Origin: Escherichia phage AnYang
Length of the DNA stretch: 64,000 nt
Sequence record: MK234886
Reading direction: 5' to 3' (one strand)
The translations under genes were made by a program, and so were the position numbers. Shown here one piece after another: positions 45,034 to 56,417 of the stretch (position 1 is the stretch's first letter; each line of letters begins with the position of its first letter). The notes beneath the pieces were generated by a model. It saw nothing but the letters and a program-made list of their open reading frames with translations. It was not told the origin of the DNA and ran no database searches.

Positions 45034-46775
45034 TGATTAACATGTCTGATAATGTAAGTTGGTTCGTCGGTGTAGTTGAAGACCGAATGGACCCGCTCAA
45101 ACAAGGCCGAGTACGCGTACGTGTATGGGGTATGCATCCCTATGAAAAAGTTCAAGGCCCTGTAAAAGGCCTTCGTACAGAAGATTTACCATGGATGTCG
45201 GTATTAATGCCTACATCTTCTGCCTCTGTTTCTGGTATACAAACCGCCATGACTGGTATGGTCCCGGGTACACAAGTTTATGGTCACTTTCTTGATAAGT
45301 GGAAATTAAACGGACTTGTCCTTGGTACATACGGTTCTGCTTCAAAACAAAAAGCGAATCCTAATGAAGGTTTTAGTGACCCAACAGGCCAATATCCACT
45401 TTATTTAGGTAACGATGCTGCTGCACTAAACCGAGGTGGTGAAGTTGGATATGATGCAACTTCTAACGTAATACAGGATGCAAACACCGATGTAGGTATT
45501 AATCCTGATGGTTTAGATTTAAGTCAAGTCAAGCCTGACGATAATCCTAATTTCACAATAGAAAACATGCTTCATCGTGATGAGGGTCTTCGTCTTAAAG
45601 TATATTGGGACACTGAAGGATATCCTACTATAGGTATAGGTCACCTTATTACGCCACAACCTATTAGAGATATGAACCAGATAAACAAAATATTATCTAA
45701 TCAGGTAGGACGGGAAGTTAAAGGTAACCCTGGTGCAATATCAATGGACGAGGCTTCTAAATTATTTCAAGAAGACCTTAAAAAAGTCCAAAACGATATA
45801 GGCAGGCATAGTGTTGTAGGTCCTGTTTACAATAAAGAAAACCGTTCAAGACAAATGGCTCTTGAAAACATGGCTTTCCAAATGGGATTAGGTGGATTGG
45901 CTAAATTCCGTGGAATGCTTAGTGCAATGTTAATAGGCGATTATAAAAAGGCATTTGAAGAAGCTCGTAATTCAGTGTGGTTTAACCAAACTAAAGGACG
46001 TGCATCAAGGGTATCAATGATTATCCTTACAGGTAATATGGAATCATACGGTATTATGGCCCCTAAAGAAAGGTCATTTAAAGGGCGTTCGTATAGAATG
46101 ATTCAAACCTTTGCGGCCCCTACAAATTCTGACCCGGCCGATCCGTGGACCCCAGAAGACACAAGGATTCTTTTTAAAGAACCTGATTCTAGTTATAAAG
46201 GTGAGTACCCATATGTCCAAACCATGCAAACTGAAGGTGGACACGTCCAAGAATTTGATAACACCCCAGGGCAAGAACGTTATCGTTTAATCCATCCAAC
46301 CGGTAGTTATGAAGAAGTTGCTCCTGATGGTCGCAAAACTTCTAAGACGGTAGCCGATGGGTATTATATGACCCAAGGCGATTCTAATACTTATGTTGGT
46401 GGTAATAATAAAGTCAACATAGGTGGTGATGAAACCTATTATAATATGGCAAACGTGCGCCGTCAAACTGATGGGTCTGAAAGCATCCATATTCGTGGTA
46501 ATGAAACCAAAACGGTAGAAGGTGACGGAACCCTTATTGTTAAAGGGAACGTTACGGTTATTGTTGAAGGCAATGCAGATATAACTGTTAAAGGTGATGC
46601 AAAAACACTAGTTGAAGGCAATCACGACTATACCGTAAATGGAAACGTTAAATGGTCTGTAAACGGAAACGTTGATATGACTGTTGCCGGTAATTGGTCT
46701 GAAACTATGTCAACCATGAGTTCTATCGCATCAGGTCAATATACTATTGATGGTTCGAGGATTGACATTGGCTAA
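45033..46775 (+). CDS. 5: baseplate hub and tail lysozyme gp5
   Basis: 580 aa; central T4-lysozyme-like domain (RDEGLRLKVYWDTEGYPTIGIGHL) and C-terminal VxGxxxxxV beta-helix repeats. Confidence 0.93.
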   Translation: MINMSDNVSWFVGVVEDRMDPLKQGRVRVRVWGMHPYEKVQGPVKGLRTEDLPWMSVLMPTSSASVSGIQTAMTGMVPGTQVYGHFLDKWKLNGLVLGTYGSASKQKANPNEGFSDPTGQYPLYLGNDAAALNRGGEVGYDATSNVIQDANTDVGINPDGLDLSQVKPDDNPNFTIENMLHRDEGLRLKVYWDTEGYPTIGIGHLITPQPIRDMNQINKILSNQVGREVKGNPGAISMDEASKLFQEDLKKVQNDIGRHSVVGPVYNKENRSRQMALENMAFQMGLGGLAKFRGMLSAMLIGDYKKAFEEARNSVWFNQTKGRASRVSMIILTGNMESYGIMAPKERSFKGRSYRMIQTFAAPTNSDPADPWTPEDTRILFKEPDSSYKGEYPYVQTMQTEGGHVQEFDNTPGQERYRLIHPTGSYEEVAPDGRKTSKTVADGYYMTQGDSNTYVGGNNKVNIGGDETYYNMANVRRQTDGSESIHIRGNETKTVEGDGTLIVKGNVTVIVEGNADITVKGDAKTLVEGNHDYTVNGNVKWSVNGNVDMTVAGNWSETMSTMSSIASGQYTIDGSRIDIG

Positions 46776-46809
46776 TATTTTACCTATGAGCACAGATTTA
46801 GGAGACTCC

Positions 46810-47307
46810 ATGGAAGGGGCCTCAATCGATGTTACGTTTACTGCTCAATTAGAAACAAACGAAACATTAGTTGAAATAAATATAACAGAATATGAGCCTA
46901 CAGAAGGCATTATTGTCGATGGAGCCCATTTATATGGAACCTACGAATCGGTATTTGGATTCTCTGAGGATGCATTAAAATACCGATTAAACGATGAATT
47001 TAAAACTGCCGGTTCATGGAAAGATTTACCAGAGGACGAGAGCACTCAATTATACCTCTGGAAAGCCCCTAGCAATCTCCAGAAGACTTTTTCTTATACT
47101 GTCACATTAATCTATGACTTTCAGGAAGAGACGTCAGGAGGTGATACAGGGAGCTCAGGAGGGAGTAATTCTAGAGCCGGTAACGAAACAGACCCTCCTC
47201 CAGCACCAGTAAGAAAAACCCTTACTAAGGTTTATACCAAGGTTATAGTGGGTAATTGGAGCAAATGGGCTAACCAATTAAGAGAATACGTATATGCGAG
47301 GCCATAA
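46810..47307 (+). CDS. 5.1: gp5.1-like protein
   Basis: start at ATG with AGGAGA SD downstream of gp5 stop; Ser/Gly-rich C-terminus. Confidence 0.6.
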   Translation: MEGASIDVTFTAQLETNETLVEINITEYEPTEGIIVDGAHLYGTYESVFGFSEDALKYRLNDEFKTAGSWKDLPEDESTQLYLWKAPSNLQKTFSYTVTLIYDFQEETSGGDTGSSGGSNSRAGNETDPPPAPVRKTLTKVYTKVIVGNWSKWANQLREYVYARP

Positions 47308-47600
47308 TGTCAGGCTTAAGTTACAACCAATGCGTAACGGCAGGTCATGAAGCATGGCCTCCTACAGTAATAAATGCCACCCAAGGTAAAGTATTTACGG
47401 GCGGTATTCCTGTATTAGTTGCAGGAGACCCTATTACAGAACATACAGAAATTAAAAAACCATATGAAACCCACGGTGGGGTAACCCAACCTAGAACATC
47501 AAAGGTATATGTTACAGGCAAAAAGGCTGTCCAGATGGCAGACCCTATTTCATGCGGAGATACAGTCGCACAAGCCTCATCCAAAGTATTCATAAAATAG
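47307..47600 (+). CDS. 5.4: PAAR-repeat spike tip protein gp5.4
   Basis: 97 aa; size and position as T4 gp5.4; PAAR-like fold motifs. Confidence 0.8.
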   Translation: MSGLSYNQCVTAGHEAWPPTVINATQGKVFTGGIPVLVAGDPITEHTEIKKPYETHGGVTQPRTSKVYVTGKKAVQMADPISCGDTVAQASSKVFIK

Positions 47601-47608
47601 GAATTAAA

Positions 47609-49567
47609 ATGGCTACTCCTACGAATTACCAATTAACAAGAACCGTTAACGCTATCCCAAAAGTATTTGTGGGAGCTACGTTTGAAGAAATTAAAAAGAA
47701 TATTATAGACTGGCTTTCTAGCCAGGACGAATTTAAGGATTATGATTTCGTTGGTTCTCGAATGAATATCCTTATTGATATGCTTGCTTATAATACCCTT
47801 TATATGCAACAATTTGCTAACACAGCTTTATACGAATCTTTTATAGGAACCGCAAACCTTCGTTCTTCGGTTGTCCAGGCTGCACAAGATAATGGATATC
47901 TTCCTAGTTCTAAATCAGCGGCAAAAACCACCGTAATGCTTACGTGTACTCAAGCCCTTAATGAAAAGAATATTCGTATTCCAAGAGGCACTAAATTCTT
48001 AGCTTATGCCCGTGATACATCCGCCGATCCATATTCTTTTGTGACGACCGATAACGTTATTGCAGTGCGTGATGTTAATAACCAGTATTGGCCTATTGTT
48101 TCTCTGGCTCAAGGACGTATTATTCGTACCGAACTTAAATACGACCCTAAAACTCCTATTCTTATTCGTGACCCGGATATTGATAGACAAGAAGTTAAAC
48201 TTTATGTTGATGGCGCGGAATGGATTAACTGGACCAACAAATCAATGGTTCACGCTGGTAGCACCTCTACCATTTACTATATGCGCGAAACCGTAGATGG
48301 TAATACTGAATTCTTCTTTGGTGAGGGTGAAGCCGAGAAATCTGTTGCAGGTGGAGTATTAGAAGCTAATTATATTGGCGGTCTAAAACCTGTTAAAGAT
48401 TCTACCATTGTTATAGAATACCTTCGTACCGATGGTGAAGTTGCAAACGGTGCGGTTGACTTCAGTTATGCCGACTCCTTGGCTTATATTACTGTAGAAA
48501 AAATTACTGAAAACTATAACGATGACCCTGATTATGTTGGTGCCGATGGTGGTGGTGACCCTGAAGATATTGAACGAATCCGTGAATTAGCTGTAGTTAA
48601 ACGTGAAGCCCAGATGCGTGCTGTAACAGGAACCGACTACGATACATTCGTGTCCGAACGTTTTGGTTCTATTGTACAAGCAGTACAAACCTTTACAGAC
48701 CCAAATAAACCAGGTTATGCTTTTGTCACCATTAAACCTAAATCAGGGCTATATTTGACAGCAGTCCAACGTGAAGATATCCAAGACTACCTAAAAGAAT
48801 TTAACTTAGCCCCTATTACCGCTTCTGTTATTTCTCCCGATTATTTGTTCTTAAAGCATAAAATTAAGGTGTCGTATGCCTTGAATAAATTACAGGAATC
48901 TGAACAGTGGTTATCGGCTCAAATTCTTTCTCAGATAGACCGTTATTATATTAACGAAGTAGAAATTTTTAACCACGGGTTCGCCAAGTCAAAAATGCTG
49001 ACTTATATTGATAATGCTGACCATAGTATTTTAGGCTCCTCTGCTACCATAACAATGGTTCGTGAGGTATTGAACTTTTTCAAAACCCCTGAATCAGGTA
49101 TTAAATACTATAATCAATACACTAACCGTTCTGTGGTTTCTAGTGAATTTGAGTTTGTCCCTACTATCGTTTCTGAAGACAGTCCTGCATATAATGTCAG
49201 AATTGCTGCTACAGATAAAGACGAACGTGGTGATGGTAAAATTGTTATTGGGCCTTTCCGTCCAGGAGATGTAATTGAAAACCAATATATTAAACCATAT
49301 ACAGGAAATGACTTTGATAAAATGCCTGCTCCTGCAGACCAATCCGTTTATTACGTTATAGGTGAAATTGATTATTATTCAGATTTCATTTTCTGGGACA
49401 TTGCGGCTATAGGTTTAACGTCCGATCGTTTTGAAGTTCAATCTATAGAACTTTATGCGGGACCTGACCAAGATAACATCTTTACAAAAGACGGTTCGTT
49501 AATCGTATTTGAAGATGACCTCCGCCCTCAATACACGACCATTGAATTAGAACCTATTACAATATAA
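47609..49567 (+). CDS. 6: baseplate wedge protein gp6
   Basis: start at MATPTNYQ after gp5.4 stop; about 652 aa as in T4 gp6. Confidence 0.85.
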   Translation: MATPTNYQLTRTVNAIPKVFVGATFEEIKKNIIDWLSSQDEFKDYDFVGSRMNILIDMLAYNTLYMQQFANTALYESFIGTANLRSSVVQAAQDNGYLPSSKSAAKTTVMLTCTQALNEKNIRIPRGTKFLAYARDTSADPYSFVTTDNVIAVRDVNNQYWPIVSLAQGRIIRTELKYDPKTPILIRDPDIDRQEVKLYVDGAEWINWTNKSMVHAGSTSTIYYMRETVDGNTEFFFGEGEAEKSVAGGVLEANYIGGLKPVKDSTIVIEYLRTDGEVANGAVDFSYADSLAYITVEKITENYNDDPDYVGADGGGDPEDIERIRELAVVKREAQMRAVTGTDYDTFVSERFGSIVQAVQTFTDPNKPGYAFVTIKPKSGLYLTAVQREDIQDYLKEFNLAPITASVISPDYLFLKHKIKVSYALNKLQESEQWLSAQILSQIDRYYINEVEIFNHGFAKSKMLTYIDNADHSILGSSATITMVREVLNFFKTPESGIKYYNQYTNRSVVSSEFEFVPTIVSEDSPAYNVRIAATDKDERGDGKIVIGPFRPGDVIENQYIKPYTGNDFDKMPAPADQSVYYVIGEIDYYSDFIFWDIAAIGLTSDRFEVQSIELYAGPDQDNIFTKDGSLIVFEDDLRPQYTTIELEPITI

Positions 49568-49595
49568 GCCTCTTAGGAGGCTTTGAGGAGATTTA

Positions 49596-52500
49596 ATGTC
49601 TGTGCAAGCGCCTTCCGTTACTAGTTTGAGAATTGATAAACTCTCGGCTAACCATGTAAGTATTCTTTGGGATGACGTAGGCGCCAATTTCTATTATTTC
49701 GTAGAACTGGCCCAAACCAAGGATGCGGGTGAATCTATACCCGATGATAAGTTATTTTGGAGAAATTTAGGTTACACCCCGAACAATAACTGGTTCGAAG
49801 AAAGATTTATTTCTCCTAATTCGTTTTATAAAATGCGTGTCGCTGTAGCTGCTCAAGGATTTGAACAATCCGACTGGGTTTATACAGAAGAATTCGAGAC
49901 ATTTTCTACTAACGCATATACCTTCGAGCATATGCGTGAATTCACTTTATCCAATAAATTCATTGAAGAAAAATTTACCAAAAATAACCAGAGTTACGTG
50001 GATTTTAATAGCGACGCTATTATGGCCTCTATGATGACCGAAGATTTTACTTGGACTCCGGCATATTCACACCTTTCTTCAATTTCCAATTATGTATTAA
50101 AGGCCGACCGCTTCCATGAGATTCAAGGAAGTATCCAAGCCGTTTGTAAAGACCCTAATCGTTCTATTTTAATGGAGCTTGGTGGTGTACTTTACCTTTT
50201 AGAAAGATTCCAGAACACCGCTAAGGTATCTAACGATAAGGCCCAGAACTGGCATTATATCCGTTTGTTTAATGATAGAGTAGGTAATCCGGTTTCACGT
50301 ACGGCTCATTATCAAACAGACACAACAACTTATGTTCTAGGGTATGACCGTATATTTTACGGACGTAAATCAAGTGATATTCGTTGGTCTGCTGATGATG
50401 TACGTTTTAGCTCACAAGACGTGACATTTGCCAAAATTGGTAGTGATATCGATTTGGACTTCGAAATCGAAATTTTCGGTTCTTATGCCCGTTTACCATT
50501 AGCTATTTCTACTATCGCAGAAGCTATGTGTGCTTCGGATGATTTTATTTACGTTGCAGCCCGAGACAGAGTTTACAAAGCAAAAACTACTGATGCCCCT
50601 ATTGATACCGACCCAGGCTCTCCTACTTACGGTGAGAAAATATTTGAAAGTGGCTATTCGACCATAACCGGTAATCCTAAAGCGGTTTGTTATAAATTGG
50701 ATTCTATTCAAGGAAATACCTTTGCCTTAATTACGGGTGAAGTTAAAGAAGAAAGAATGGACCCTACTAAAGAAGAAAATGTGGTTGATTCTGAATCTAA
50801 AGGTGTTTATTGGTTGGATGTTGAAACTGATACATGGACCCGAGTATTTGGTAATACTGTAGAAGAGAGACGTCGTATTGAGCATGGCTATACTAGCATG
50901 TCTACCGATGGCGAAGAAATATTCTTTAGCTCAAGTAACTTCAAATATGAAGTAGAAGTTGATAACGAATTACCTTTAGAATACCCTATTGTGGCCTCAG
51001 CGGTAAAATATGTTAAGGATGAACAGTGGATTCACGATAAACATTATCTGATGATGAGCTTTAGAGCTAACAGTAAATCAGATTTTAAAGAATTCAAACC
51101 CGGTCGAATGGCTTATTATGCTGAACCGTTCTTTAGTTGGTCTAGACGCGACGGGACCCGTTCTTGGATTACCACAAGTAATCATGCAATGGTTGTTTAT
51201 AATGATGCCTTATACCAGAAAATTATTGATTTAAACAGCGGTTCTTCTCCTGAACGTATTATTCGTGAAATTTGGGATAAAGGCTTTTGTACCGTAACAT
51301 GCCCTAATATCGAATTCAATGGATTTAAAAAATACTCTTCAGGTATAATGATTCACAAATCATCAGGTGAATTGGTTGGATATTTCGAGTTCGACTACCG
51401 AGTTCGAGATGAAGTTAGAATAATCTGGAAGCCTAAAGAAATAATGTTTACGGCTGAACTTCAAAACCAAGAGCATGAAATTCCATGGACCCCTAAAGAG
51501 GAAACCGGTGAACAAGACCCTGATTTGCGTCCTTTATTGGTTAAAATGGTTCCTGATAGTTATTTGCTTCAAGATTCTAACTTTGAAAAATTCTGCGAAT
51601 ATTATCTCCAGTTTATTAGTGATGGCTCCGGCACCCATTATAATAATCTATTAAATCTTATTCGTAACCAATATCCTAGAGAAGAAGATGCCTGGGAATA
51701 CTTATGGTCTGAAATCTATAAACGCAATATCTATTTGTCTAAAGAAAAACGCGACGAAGTAGTTCGTTTCTTCCAAGCAAGACAATCGGATTTCTGGTCT
51801 ACAAAAGGTACCGAAGCTTCATATAAATTCCTGTTTAAATTGCTTTATAACGAAGATGTTGAAATTGACATCGAGTCCAAGAACTCGATTGAATATGATA
51901 TCATCGTAGAATCCGACAATATCAGTGAAGATATCGTAGGCCAAACGATTTATACCCCTACAGGAAGAAGTAATGTTACTTATATAGAACGAAATTACAA
52001 AGATGGTAAATTGCAATGGCGTTTAACCATTCACAATCTTTTAGGCCGTTTTATAGTTGGACAAGAGATTAAATCTGAACGCACCTCATTTAAAGGTATG
52101 ATAGTGCAGGGTGTACGCGGTAAAGAATTGTTAAGTAACAATATCGATTATATTAACCGTAACCGTTCTTATTATGTTATGACTATTAAATCCAACCTCC
52201 CTACTTCTCGATACCGTAATGACGTGTTGAGATTTGTCCACCCTGTAGGATTTGGTTTTATAGGTATTACGTTGCTTTCTATGTTTGTTAATGTTGGTTT
52301 GACATTAAAGCACACGGAAACCATTATTAATATACTTAAGAACTATAAGTGGGACTCAGGTCTTCCGTCCGAGTGGTACGATAGAGTTGCTGTAATCGGA
52401 TTTGATGGTAATATAGAAAGAGACCCTAGAACAGGACTTCCGGTTTATAACGTTGGGCCTAAAGCAGGCGAACCGTTCCCTATTCCTGATGGTTATGATG

Positions 52501-52688
52501 CAGAAAATGATTTCTCTGTATTCCAAGGTCAATTACCTCATGAACGTATTAAAAAGCATAGTCCTTTATTTGACCAAAGTGCAGTAACATTTTCAAAATG
52601 GCGTGCTTTAGTTGATGACAGACTTAAAGCTGATATTGGAAACCCTAGAGACCCGCAAGACCCAACTCAGGTAAAAATTGATGATTAA
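49596..52688 (+). CDS. 7: baseplate wedge protein gp7
   Basis: 1030 aa (T4 gp7 is about 1032 aa); synteny. Confidence 0.88.
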   Translation: MSVQAPSVTSLRIDKLSANHVSILWDDVGANFYYFVELAQTKDAGESIPDDKLFWRNLGYTPNNNWFEERFISPNSFYKMRVAVAAQGFEQSDWVYTEEFETFSTNAYTFEHMREFTLSNKFIEEKFTKNNQSYVDFNSDAIMASMMTEDFTWTPAYSHLSSISNYVLKADRFHEIQGSIQAVCKDPNRSILMELGGVLYLLERFQNTAKVSNDKAQNWHYIRLFNDRVGNPVSRTAHYQTDTTTYVLGYDRIFYGRKSSDIRWSADDVRFSSQDVTFAKIGSDIDLDFEIEIFGSYARLPLAISTIAEAMCASDDFIYVAARDRVYKAKTTDAPIDTDPGSPTYGEKIFESGYSTITGNPKAVCYKLDSIQGNTFALITGEVKEERMDPTKEENVVDSESKGVYWLDVETDTWTRVFGNTVEERRRIEHGYTSMSTDGEEIFFSSSNFKYEVEVDNELPLEYPIVASAVKYVKDEQWIHDKHYLMMSFRANSKSDFKEFKPGRMAYYAEPFFSWSRRDGTRSWITTSNHAMVVYNDALYQKIIDLNSGSSPERIIREIWDKGFCTVTCPNIEFNGFKKYSSGIMIHKSSGELVGYFEFDYRVRDEVRIIWKPKEIMFTAELQNQEHEIPWTPKEETGEQDPDLRPLLVKMVPDSYLLQDSNFEKFCEYYLQFISDGSGTHYNNLLNLIRNQYPREEDAWEYLWSEIYKRNIYLSKEKRDEVVRFFQARQSDFWSTKGTEASYKFLFKLLYNEDVEIDIESKNSIEYDIIVESDNISEDIVGQTIYTPTGRSNVTYIERNYKDGKLQWRLTIHNLLGRFIVGQEIKSERTSFKGMIVQGVRGKELLSNNIDYINRNRSYYVMTIKSNLPTSRYRNDVLRFVHPVGFGFIGITLLSMFVNVGLTLKHTETIINILKNYKWDSGLPSEWYDRVAVIGFDGNIERDPRTGLPVYNVGPKAGEPFPIPDGYDAENDFSVFQGQLPHERIKKHSPLFDQSAVTFSKWRALVDDRLKADIGNPRDPQDPTQVKIDD

Positions 52689-53685
52689 TTCAACAGTAAT
52701 ATACCGTTCTATTGTTACTTCTAAATTTAGAACGGAAAAGATGTATAACTTTTACAGAACAATCGGTGATGGTGAAGACCAGAACACAATGTATGTATCT
52801 TTCGGGAGAGCCCAACCATGGGCTCCTAACGAAAACGACCCAGGCTTTGCTCCACCTTATCCTGTAGATGATTCTGAGGGCGTAGAAGACGTCTGGACAA
52901 ACATGATGGGTTGTGTTAAGGTTTATAAGAGTATGTTGGATTGTGTTGTTCCTCGCAAAGACTGGGGCGATACCTCTTATCCTAACCCTTTCACTTTCCA
53001 AATCGGTGAAATTGTAGTGGCTAACAGCCAACCTCAAAACCGTACTGATGTTGGTGCAGGTTGGATGGTTTATCGTTGTGTAGACGTGCCTGAATCAGGA
53101 GCATGTTCTATTTTGTCCCTTGATAATAAAACCGAGTGTATTAAACTTGGTGGTAAATGGACTGCTAACGTTCCTTCAGTTAAAGCCCCGGCCGGACAAG
53201 GCGATACGGAAGGTATGGTAGACACCGGTGACGGTTACCTTTGGGAATATCTTTATGAGATTCCACCTGATGTAAGTATCAACCGTTGTACTAATGAATA
53301 TATTGTAGTACCATGGCCAGAAGAAATTGCCGAAGACCCTGAACGTTGGGGATACGAGAATAACCTTACTTGGCAGCAAGACGATTATGGGTTAATTTAT
53401 CGTATTAAAGGCAATACTATTCGTTTTAAAGCATTCTTAGATTCGGTTTATTTCCCTGAATTTAGTCTGCCTGGTAACAAAGGGTTTAGACAGCTTTCGA
53501 TAATTTCTAACCCATTAAAAGCTAAAGCTCACCCATCCGATCCGATCATTAAAGCTGAAAAAGAGTACTATGATGTTATAGACCTCTCCCGCCATTCAGG
53601 TGAAATGATTTATATGGAAAACCGTCCTCCGGTTATTCGTTCCATGGACCAAACAGAAGAAATTAACATTATCTTCGAATTCTAA
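52678..53685 (+). CDS. 8: baseplate wedge protein gp8
   Basis: 335 aa; synteny. Confidence 0.85.
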   Translation: MMINSTVIYRSIVTSKFRTEKMYNFYRTIGDGEDQNTMYVSFGRAQPWAPNENDPGFAPPYPVDDSEGVEDVWTNMMGCVKVYKSMLDCVVPRKDWGDTSYPNPFTFQIGEIVVANSQPQNRTDVGAGWMVYRCVDVPESGACSILSLDNKTECIKLGGKWTANVPSVKAPAGQGDTEGMVDTGDGYLWEYLYEIPPDVSINRCTNEYIVVPWPEEIAEDPERWGYENNLTWQQDDYGLIYRIKGNTIRFKAFLDSVYFPEFSLPGNKGFRQLSIISNPLKAKAHPSDPIIKAEKEYYDVIDLSRHSGEMIYMENRPPVIRSMDQTEEINIIFEF

Positions 53686-53688
53686 TAA

Positions 53689-53719
53689 GGGCCGCAAGGC
53701 CCTTTCGGGGGTATAAATA
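53689..53719 (+). promoter_or_regulatory. terminator hairpin followed by late promoter TATAAATA
   Basis: GGGCC-GCAA-GGCCC plus T-run, then TATAAATA at 53712-53719 upstream of gene 9. Confidence 0.6.
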
Positions 53720-53745
53720 CATTATATCAATAATGAGGCATACCT

Positions 53746-54606
53746 ATGATTAAGCAAACTGGTAAGTTACTAATTGACGTCGGTGAGATTGGTAATGCCA
53801 GCACCGGCGACATCTTATATGACGGCGGTGTTAAACTGAACACCGACTTAAACAACATCTATAATACTTTTGGTGACCAACGTAAAGCAGCCCTTACAGG
53901 TGAAACTACCGGTCAAAAATTACATGCCACTGGATACTATCAAAAATTCGGTGATACTGACCAAGCGGGTTCTGTTGATTTAGGCTCTTTGGTGGATATC
54001 GATGCTTCTACCGGTTCTATAGTTTTAACAACTGTAAAAGGGGCTGTGGGTGAAGGTATTGAAATAATTAACTCTAACGGAAGCATTTCAGCTACTAACT
54101 ATCTTGAAATCCGTATATTGGATTCATTTTTAAATCACCCTACATCAACCTTAAGAATAGTAACTCCTTATACTCGAGTTCTTTTATGGTGTGTAAGTGA
54201 TATAAATGGTATAGCTGTATGGGATTATTCTATTGAGAGTATGTTTGGTGACAAACGAGTACCATTAAATAGAACATATAACATTTCTAACGTACCTAGA
54301 GATATCCCAGTGGTTTTTTCAGGTCAATATTCTTTAGTTAAGCTTTTAGTTACGGCAGTAAATGCCAATGAAACCATTTATAAAGCTTCTGAATATCTTT
54401 TGTTTATGGATAACCAAGCTAAAAAAATATATTCTACGGAATACGCTGTTATCCGTCGTGGACAAGCCACTGATGAAGACGAAATTTACAATCTCGATTT
54501 TAAATTTGATACATCCAACTATATAGTGGCTACGGCATCATCTGAAATCCCTATGAGATTGGCAATTAAAGTCGTAGATACCCAAACTATTGGAGTCCCA
54601 GTATAA
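53746..54606 (+). CDS. 9: baseplate protein gp9 (long tail fiber socket)
   Basis: 286 aa; synteny. Confidence 0.85.
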   Translation: MIKQTGKLLIDVGEIGNASTGDILYDGGVKLNTDLNNIYNTFGDQRKAALTGETTGQKLHATGYYQKFGDTDQAGSVDLGSLVDIDASTGSIVLTTVKGAVGEGIEIINSNGSISATNYLEIRILDSFLNHPTSTLRIVTPYTRVLLWCVSDINGIAVWDYSIESMFGDKRVPLNRTYNISNVPRDIPVVFSGQYSLVKLLVTAVNANETIYKASEYLLFMDNQAKKIYSTEYAVIRRGQATDEDEIYNLDFKFDTSNYIVATASSEIPMRLAIKVVDTQTIGVPV

Positions 54607-56417
54607 TGAAACAAGAATTAAAAATCGGCCAGGCCGTTGACGATGGCTCCGGAGATTACCTGCGCGCAGGTGGTCTAAAAATCAATAATAACTTTAATGA
54701 GTTATATTATCAATTAGGTGATGGAGATAATCCACACGCTGCTGGTGCCTGGAAACAATATTCTACTGCAGACGGTCCTTTACTTAATGCCGTTATGGGT
54801 CATAGCTATACATTGAATACTCAAGGTGGAAGGATTAACGTTCAACTTCCTAAAGGCACCCCATCAGAATATAACTTTGTAATTCGTTTACGTGACGTTT
54901 ATTCCTCTTGGCAAGCTAACCCTGTGACTATTATACCGGCCCCAGGCGATACAATTAAAGGTTCCGCTGTACAGGTTGAAATAGCTCGTAATTTTGCTGA
55001 CCTTGAACTTGTTTACTGTGCCCCAGGACGTTGGGAATATGTTGAGAACAAACAAGTTAACCGTATCCCAAATAACGACCTCGCTACTGTAGCAACTAAA
55101 CAGTTTATTGCCACTGAAGGCCAGACCGATTTCTTGGATATTTTCCCAGGTCTAACCTATAATATTTCAAGTCTTAGCGTTATCCAACGTGGTAACAACT
55201 TGTTCTACGGTGTGGATGATGTATTTGATGAAGCTACTTCTGAGTTTGGTAGCCCAGGCGCAAACCCGGGTGAATTAGTTGAATTGAACGGTAAAGATAT
55301 CCGTTTGAAATATCCTTGTGAAGCTGGCGATACGGTAATTATTAAATCATATAACGATGGATTGGCCCAATGGCGTAGTTCTTATAATCGTCGCGATATT
55401 ACTATTTTAGATAGAACCCTGACCCATGAAACCACAGTTAATGGTTCTAAAGTAGTATTAGACCTTTCTACCGTACAGACTATTACATCAGCAGAATTAA
55501 ACGTTTCTCCTACAAGCCCTATTAACCCTAATGCTTGCCAGGTAATGCTTAACAGTACTTTATTGCATCAAGCTGGTACTGCAGGGTTCCCTGCTTTCTA
55601 TTGTGAAGGTGTTGATACGGATGATGCAGGCCTTTGTGCAGATTCTGGTGGTGTATGGACCCAATCTAAATCTGATTATATTTTGAATATAGCAGATGAC
55701 GATAAAATCGAGTCATTTGAATTTGGACGTAAACTGGAACATGGTGATATCCTTACTGTAATTTGGTATAATAACGATATCGGTACCACTATGACTATTG
55801 ACGAGATTTTAGATACTACAAATGATATCTACATTTCTCAAGGTCCTTCGGTATCTTTGACTGGCCAGGTTCGTATTACTGATGTGGATAATCCATTTTC
55901 TCCTAACTTTGAACCTGTAGCAGAATCTGAAGTTTCTATTAATACGGCAGCAGTGATGTTTGATTTGTTCCATCCTATCGGAACCATTTATGAGAACACC
56001 GTGAACCCTAATAACCCTGCAACTTATATGGGTATGGGTAGCTGGAAACGTCTATCTGATAGTTTCCTTGTAGGTTGGTCTCCGGATGCTGACTCGTTGT
56101 TCAATGCGAACAATAATGATTTAGACTCTGGTGGTGCTCCTAAATCTACTGCAGGCGGTACAGGTGGTTCTCATAATATTTCCATTAAATATGAAAACGT
56201 TCCTGAACTTAATACAGACGACAATGTATTAGTTGCTGATGATAATGGTCCTATTGTTATTGGTGGATGTTTGGTAGACCCGGATGCCCAAGGCCCGGCT
56301 TATACAAAATATCGTGAAGATAAAGCTACTATAAACAAACAGCAATCTACAACGCCTATTCCTATTGATACTTTGCCTCCATATACAACCGTTTATCGCT
56401 GGGTGAGGATTGCGTAA
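54606..56417 (+). CDS. 10: baseplate wedge protein gp10
   Basis: 603 aa; synteny. Confidence 0.88.
   Translation: MKQELKIGQAVDDGSGDYLRAGGLKINNNFNELYYQLGDGDNPHAAGAWKQYSTADGPLLNAVMGHSYTLNTQGGRINVQLPKGTPSEYNFVIRLRDVYSSWQANPVTIIPAPGDTIKGSAVQVEIARNFADLELVYCAPGRWEYVENKQVNRIPNNDLATVATKQFIATEGQTDFLDIFPGLTYNISSLSVIQRGNNLFYGVDDVFDEATSEFGSPGANPGELVELNGKDIRLKYPCEAGDTVIIKSYNDGLAQWRSSYNRRDITILDRTLTHETTVNGSKVVLDLSTVQTITSAELNVSPTSPINPNACQVMLNSTLLHQAGTAGFPAFYCEGVDTDDAGLCADSGGVWTQSKSDYILNIADDDKIESFEFGRKLEHGDILTVIWYNNDIGTTMTIDEILDTTNDIYISQGPSVSLTGQVRITDVDNPFSPNFEPVAESEVSINTAAVMFDLFHPIGTIYENTVNPNNPATYMGMGSWKRLSDSFLVGWSPDADSLFNANNNDLDSGGAPKSTAGGTGGSHNISIKYENVPELNTDDNVLVADDNGPIVIGGCLVDPDAQGPAYTKYREDKATINKQQSTTPIPIDTLPPYTTVYRWVRIA

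Noticed and set aside
44671-52016. Minus-strand ORFs inside the late structural genes (for example 44671-44889, 46074-46490, 47345-47632, 49094-49342, 50499-50711, 51819-52016)
   Set aside because: Embedded antisense within genes 53, 5, 5.4, 6 and 7, which have clear T4 homology; no translation signals.
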